Shown: positions 17,000-20,000 of the stretch, in pieces
How the letters are laid out: every line of letters begins with the position of its first letter
Numbering within the stretch: the first letter of the stretch is position 1
IMG/VR virus record: IMGVR_UViG_3300021197_001705
DNA length: 20,000 bases
Reading direction: 5' to 3' (one strand)
From: an uncultured virus (IMG/VR IMGVR_UViG_3300021197_001705)
Taxonomy: Duplodnaviria > Heunggongvirae > Uroviricota > Caudoviricetes
Position numbers and translations under genes: made by a program
The notes under the pieces: model-generated
The model's input: only the letters and a program-made list of their open reading frames with translations
Told to the model about the DNA's origin: nothing
The model's database searches: none

Positions 17000-18155
17000 T
17001 AAGTCTCCCACATAAATTTATAATTTGTTTTTTAGTTAATTCCGGGTGGTTTCCAATATACAAACCATAATCATGTATATAATTTGTGTTATTCATCTTT
17101 CCTACCACAGAATATTCGTATCTTTCTAAATAAGGTTGCCTTGCTTGGTTACCACCACCAGCAGTGCCAAGTCTGTATTCTACCCCTTCACTTTCCAGAA
17201 TGCTACAAACTAGTTTCATATTCTTATTATCGTAATTCAGTATCAAAGGTAAGGCATAATTGCTACTACCCTCCATTAGAAAATCGACATAATAAAGTTC
17301 AGGATCTAAATTTGAAACCCACGTTACCAGATTATCACATCTAGCATTAATATTATCATCAAGCCTTTTAATCTGCTCTAGGCCTAACACGGCATTAAGC
17401 TCAGTGCTTCTCATATTGTATCCGGGAACCGCAAATGTAAATAAAGGGTTGACATCTGGTTTGGCGTATTTTCGCTGTGTTTCGAGTGAAGCCTCTCTGG
17501 TCATGCCGTGAGACCTAAACATTCTTGCAAACTCATATATTTCTTCGTCGTTCGTACACACCATGCCACCCTCAATAGTTGTCATGTGGTGCCCAAAGTA
17601 GAACGAAAAACAAGACATGTCCCCAATCGAGCCAACTTTCTTCCCATTATAGGTGGCGCCATGGGATTCGCAGCAATCTTCTATAAGAAGTAGATTGTTG
17701 TCTTTAGCTAATTTGACTAGTTTGTCGTTTATACCGTTGAACCCTAAAACATGCACAAGGACAATCGCTTTTGTGTTTTCGTTAATAGCGCTTTTAATAT
17801 TCTCATAAGAAATAGCCATGGTATCCAAATCAACATCAACAAAAACGGGCGTAAAGCCAGTATTTATGACAGAAGATACATCGGATACCCATCCTATAGG
17901 AGGCACGATAATCTCTCCTTTTTGGCCCATTTTCTCTCGAACAATCGATGTTGTAATGTAATTACCTGCTGCTCCTGAACCGACCATCACACTATACTTG
18001 ACACCCAACCACTCAGACCACGCTTTCTCGAACTCTTTGACTTTGGGGCCGTTCGTGAATCTGTTTGTGTTCAATATAAAATCCGATAGCACTTCCTTAT
18101 CTTTCTGGGTTATGTTATCGTTGATAAGTGGCCAAGAAAACTTATTTTGTCCCAT
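16989..18155 (-). CDS. DegT/DnrJ-fold PLP enzyme, ColD-like NDP-4-keto-6-deoxysugar 3-dehydratase
   Basis: EDCCESHGA; SFYFGHHMTTIEGGM has His in place of the Schiff-base Lys; RSHG...F.F..PGYN as in ColD; no Cys-rich Fe-S motif of DdhC/E1; GGAGAG RBS before ATG 18155. Confidence 0.8.
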   Translation of the reverse strand: MGQNKFSWPLINDNITQKDKEVLSDFILNTNRFTNGPKVKEFEKAWSEWLGVKYSVMVGSGAAGNYITTSIVREKMGQKGEIIVPPIGWVSDVSSVINTGFTPVFVDVDLDTMAISYENIKSAINENTKAIVLVHVLGFNGINDKLVKLAKDNNLLLIEDCCESHGATYNGKKVGSIGDMSCFSFYFGHHMTTIEGGMVCTNDEEIYEFARMFRSHGMTREASLETQRKYAKPDVNPLFTFAVPGYNMRSTELNAVLGLEQIKRLDDNINARCDNLVTWVSNLDPELYYVDFLMEGSSNYALPLILNYDNKNMKLVCSILESEGVEYRLGTAGGGNQARQPYLERYEYSVVGKMNNTNYIHDYGLYIGNHPELTKKQIINLCGRLNDV

Positions 18156-18687
18156 AATACTCTCCATGCTCTACAATCAAAGTTGACTTAGAATCCTTTC
18201 TCTCATAAGCCTCTACGAAAGCTGGAAACACTTGATCAGCTTCTGTTAATTCCACTACATGAACATCTGTTAGCATCTTTTTCAAAGCTTCAGTGTGGTT
18301 CTGGGTATGTTGGGGGCCTGCATCTATTGGACTCTTCGACCCAACTGATACTCGTATAATTACGCGAGGCAACATCTCTCCCTTGGACATGTCATTCATC
18401 TTATCTAGATGGTTAACAAGCTGATTGCATGCTAAAATAAAAAAGTCAAACCTTGGATACATCGTTATAGGAACAAAACCTTCTAATGCAACACCTGTGG
18501 AGATTCCCATTTGGGTTTCCTCGAACACCGGCAATTCGATCCTTTTTTCAATAGGTACTTCTTGAATTGTGCTTGAAATGGCATGACCGCTTACTTTGCA
18601 GGCTTGGCCTAAAAAGATCGTGTTGTCTTTCTCTGCTAACCAGTTCATTGCTCTTATTATTTCTTTTTTATATCTCTTTTCTTTCAT
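18142..18687 (-). CDS. TPP-dependent enzyme beta subunit (PDH E1-beta/transketolase pyrimidine-binding domain only)
   Basis: ELPVFEETQMGISTGVALEG, NQLVNHLDK, GPQHTQ; start MKEKRY at 18687, 181 aa. Confidence 0.85.
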   Translation of the reverse strand: MKEKRYKKEIIRAMNWLAEKDNTIFLGQACKVSGHAISSTIQEVPIEKRIELPVFEETQMGISTGVALEGFVPITMYPRFDFFILACNQLVNHLDKMNDMSKGEMLPRVIIRVSVGSKSPIDAGPQHTQNHTEALKKMLTDVHVVELTEADQVFPAFVEAYERKDSKSTLIVEHGEYYGTK

Positions 18688-18689
18688 GA

Positions 18690-19322
18690 TTAAAAATTCA
18701 CCCACTTTCCTGTTCCGTGATGGGGGTATCCCATCTCGTATTTGTAATATACAACTCCGTCTGGTATTTCTTGCTTTTTTCCCCAAGCCATTTCAGTCGG
18801 GGTATGGACACTCATATCGTTATCCTCGATTACCCACTGTAGTGGTAGATCAAAGTTCTTAACGTATTTATATGCTTCATGAAATCCGCCAGTTTCCATC
18901 GTCATGTCACCTACAAAGCACCATACACGATTTGGAGATTTCTTCAGTTTCAACCCCATGGCTGCACCGACAGAAATAGGAATTATACCACCCACTATAG
19001 ACGATGAATAAAAGTTAGGATTGGTGTTGTTTGTTCCCATACTCCTTCCTTCCAAAATCCAATCAAAAAGCTTCTCAGGATCAACACCATGCAACAAGGC
19101 GTGATAATGGTTTCTCCACGGAACAAAGACCCAATCGTCCTTGCTTATGTATTGAAAAATTTCCAATAATTGCTTTTCGTTATTTCCAGCTAAATGAATT
19201 GGCCCTCTTATCTTACCAGCTTCATAAGTATCACGAACTTTTGATTCGAAATTAATCAATTCCTGCTCTGTTATCGTAACCTCTCTAACTTTCTCTAAAT
19301 GTTTTGGTATTTGCAAAATCAT
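18690..19322 (-). CDS. TPP-dependent enzyme alpha subunit (PDH E1-alpha-like)
   Basis: GPIHLAGNNE, WRNHYHAL, SSIVGG, TPP motif GDMTMETG...EDN. Confidence 0.88.
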   Translation of the reverse strand: MILQIPKHLEKVREVTITEQELINFESKVRDTYEAGKIRGPIHLAGNNEKQLLEIFQYISKDDWVFVPWRNHYHALLHGVDPEKLFDWILEGRSMGTNNTNPNFYSSSIVGGIIPISVGAAMGLKLKKSPNRVWCFVGDMTMETGGFHEAYKYVKNFDLPLQWVIEDNDMSVHTPTEMAWGKKQEIPDGVVYYKYEMGYPHHGTGKWVNF

Positions 19323-19807
19323 TATTTATCCCTTAGTTGTAATATCGGGTTGCTAATTGGCCAGTTAATGTTACAACGAGGGTCATCCCATTTTATTGTA
19401 AACTGCTGATCTACATCGGGATAGGTTCCCGGATATGCCCACTTATAATGAAAGACGGAATTGTGGCTCAACACTACAAAACCATTTCCCACGCTTGGAG
19501 GGATTAGCACCTGCTTTCTCTTTTTCGAGTCCAAAATCATGGACTGGTATTTCATATACGTAGGCGAATCTTCTCGGTTGTCGACTAAGACGAAATAAAG
19601 GTCACCATACAAGCAAGTGACCAGCTTCCACGATTTGGAATCCCCATGGATTCCCCGTAGCACGTTCCTTCTAGAGGTAGATACCTTATCATGATTGAAG
19701 CTCAAACCGTGATCACCACTTTTCCACAAGGTCCACAGGTCGCCTCTATAATCAGTAAAATAATCAGGCTCAACTATTTTAACACCATCGATATTGTCAA
19801 TCTTCAT
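19322..19807 (-). CDS. rmlC: RmlC-like NDP-4-keto-6-deoxysugar 3,5-epimerase
   Basis: DYRG, SRRNVLRGIH, KLVTCLYG, VDNREDSPTY, WDDP...INWP. Confidence 0.85.
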   Translation of the reverse strand: MKIDNIDGVKIVEPDYFTDYRGDLWTLWKSGDHGLSFNHDKVSTSRRNVLRGIHGDSKSWKLVTCLYGDLYFVLVDNREDSPTYMKYQSMILDSKKRKQVLIPPSVGNGFVVLSHNSVFHYKWAYPGTYPDVDQQFTIKWDDPRCNINWPISNPILQLRDK

Positions 19808-20000
19808 CTTTATCCCAGCTTATCTCCCAATCTTTAAACTCTGCCGCCAAACAATCAATCTTATAATCTTTTCTGCCGCCCGCTAACTCTTGTATTTTGT
19901 TTTTAGCAGTGTTTCTAATTCCATTGAGACCGTGTGTAAGTTCAAGGTTGTTTCCGTCTTTTATGCCTTTTCTATAATTTGACTCGTTATGCCAAATATG
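19797..20000 (-). CDS. 3' end of a hypothetical protein (5'-truncated)
   Basis: Open frame HIWHNESNYRKG...LTHGLNGIRNTAKNKIQ...DCLAAEFKDWEISWDKDED*; stop overlaps the rmlC-like start. Confidence 0.75.
   Translation of the reverse strand, partial: HIWHNESNYRKGIKDGNNLELTHGLNGIRNTAKNKIQELAGGRKDYKIDCLAAEFKDWEISWDKDED

Noticed and set aside
577..19255. All plus-strand ORFs in the track (e.g. 577-960, 2738-3136, 5566-5952, 6718-7161)
   Set aside because: Antisense shadows of well-supported minus-strand genes with no recognisable motifs; the similarity of 6718-7161 to 8366-8563 only mirrors the paralog duplication
10736..20000. Ordinary bacterial O-antigen/capsule locus
   Set aside because: Not excluded by the sugar genes alone, but there is no wzx/wzy or transporter in the window and the cluster runs directly into a phage-type sigma and structural-like genes; viral origin remains an inference

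Overview
Gene-dense segment with every credible gene on the minus strand, mostly abutting or overlapping with Shine-Dalgarno sites. It is most consistent with a large (jumbo/huge) tailed phage genome (inference from gene content; no capsid or terminase in the window). In transcription order (right to left): (i) a ~9 kb nucleotide-sugar cluster: RmlC-like epimerase, split TPP-dependent E1 alpha/beta pair, ColD-type His-variant PLP 3-dehydratase, several SDRs, WcbK/DmhA-like 4,6-dehydratase, split HldE kinase and nucleotidyltransferase, HAD phosphatase and cupin; (ii) small genes including an FmdB zinc ribbon and a phage-type sigma factor; (iii) a probable virion/baseplate module. That module holds two tandem paralogs with a ~85% identical N-terminal domain but different cell-wall enzymes at the C-terminus (Zn amidase vs L,D-transpeptidase-like), a putative spike-like protein, and a giant >1678-aa protein with a peptidoglycan-binding domain that the ORF track missed because it runs off the left edge. 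All calls come from motif recognition by eye, not database searches.
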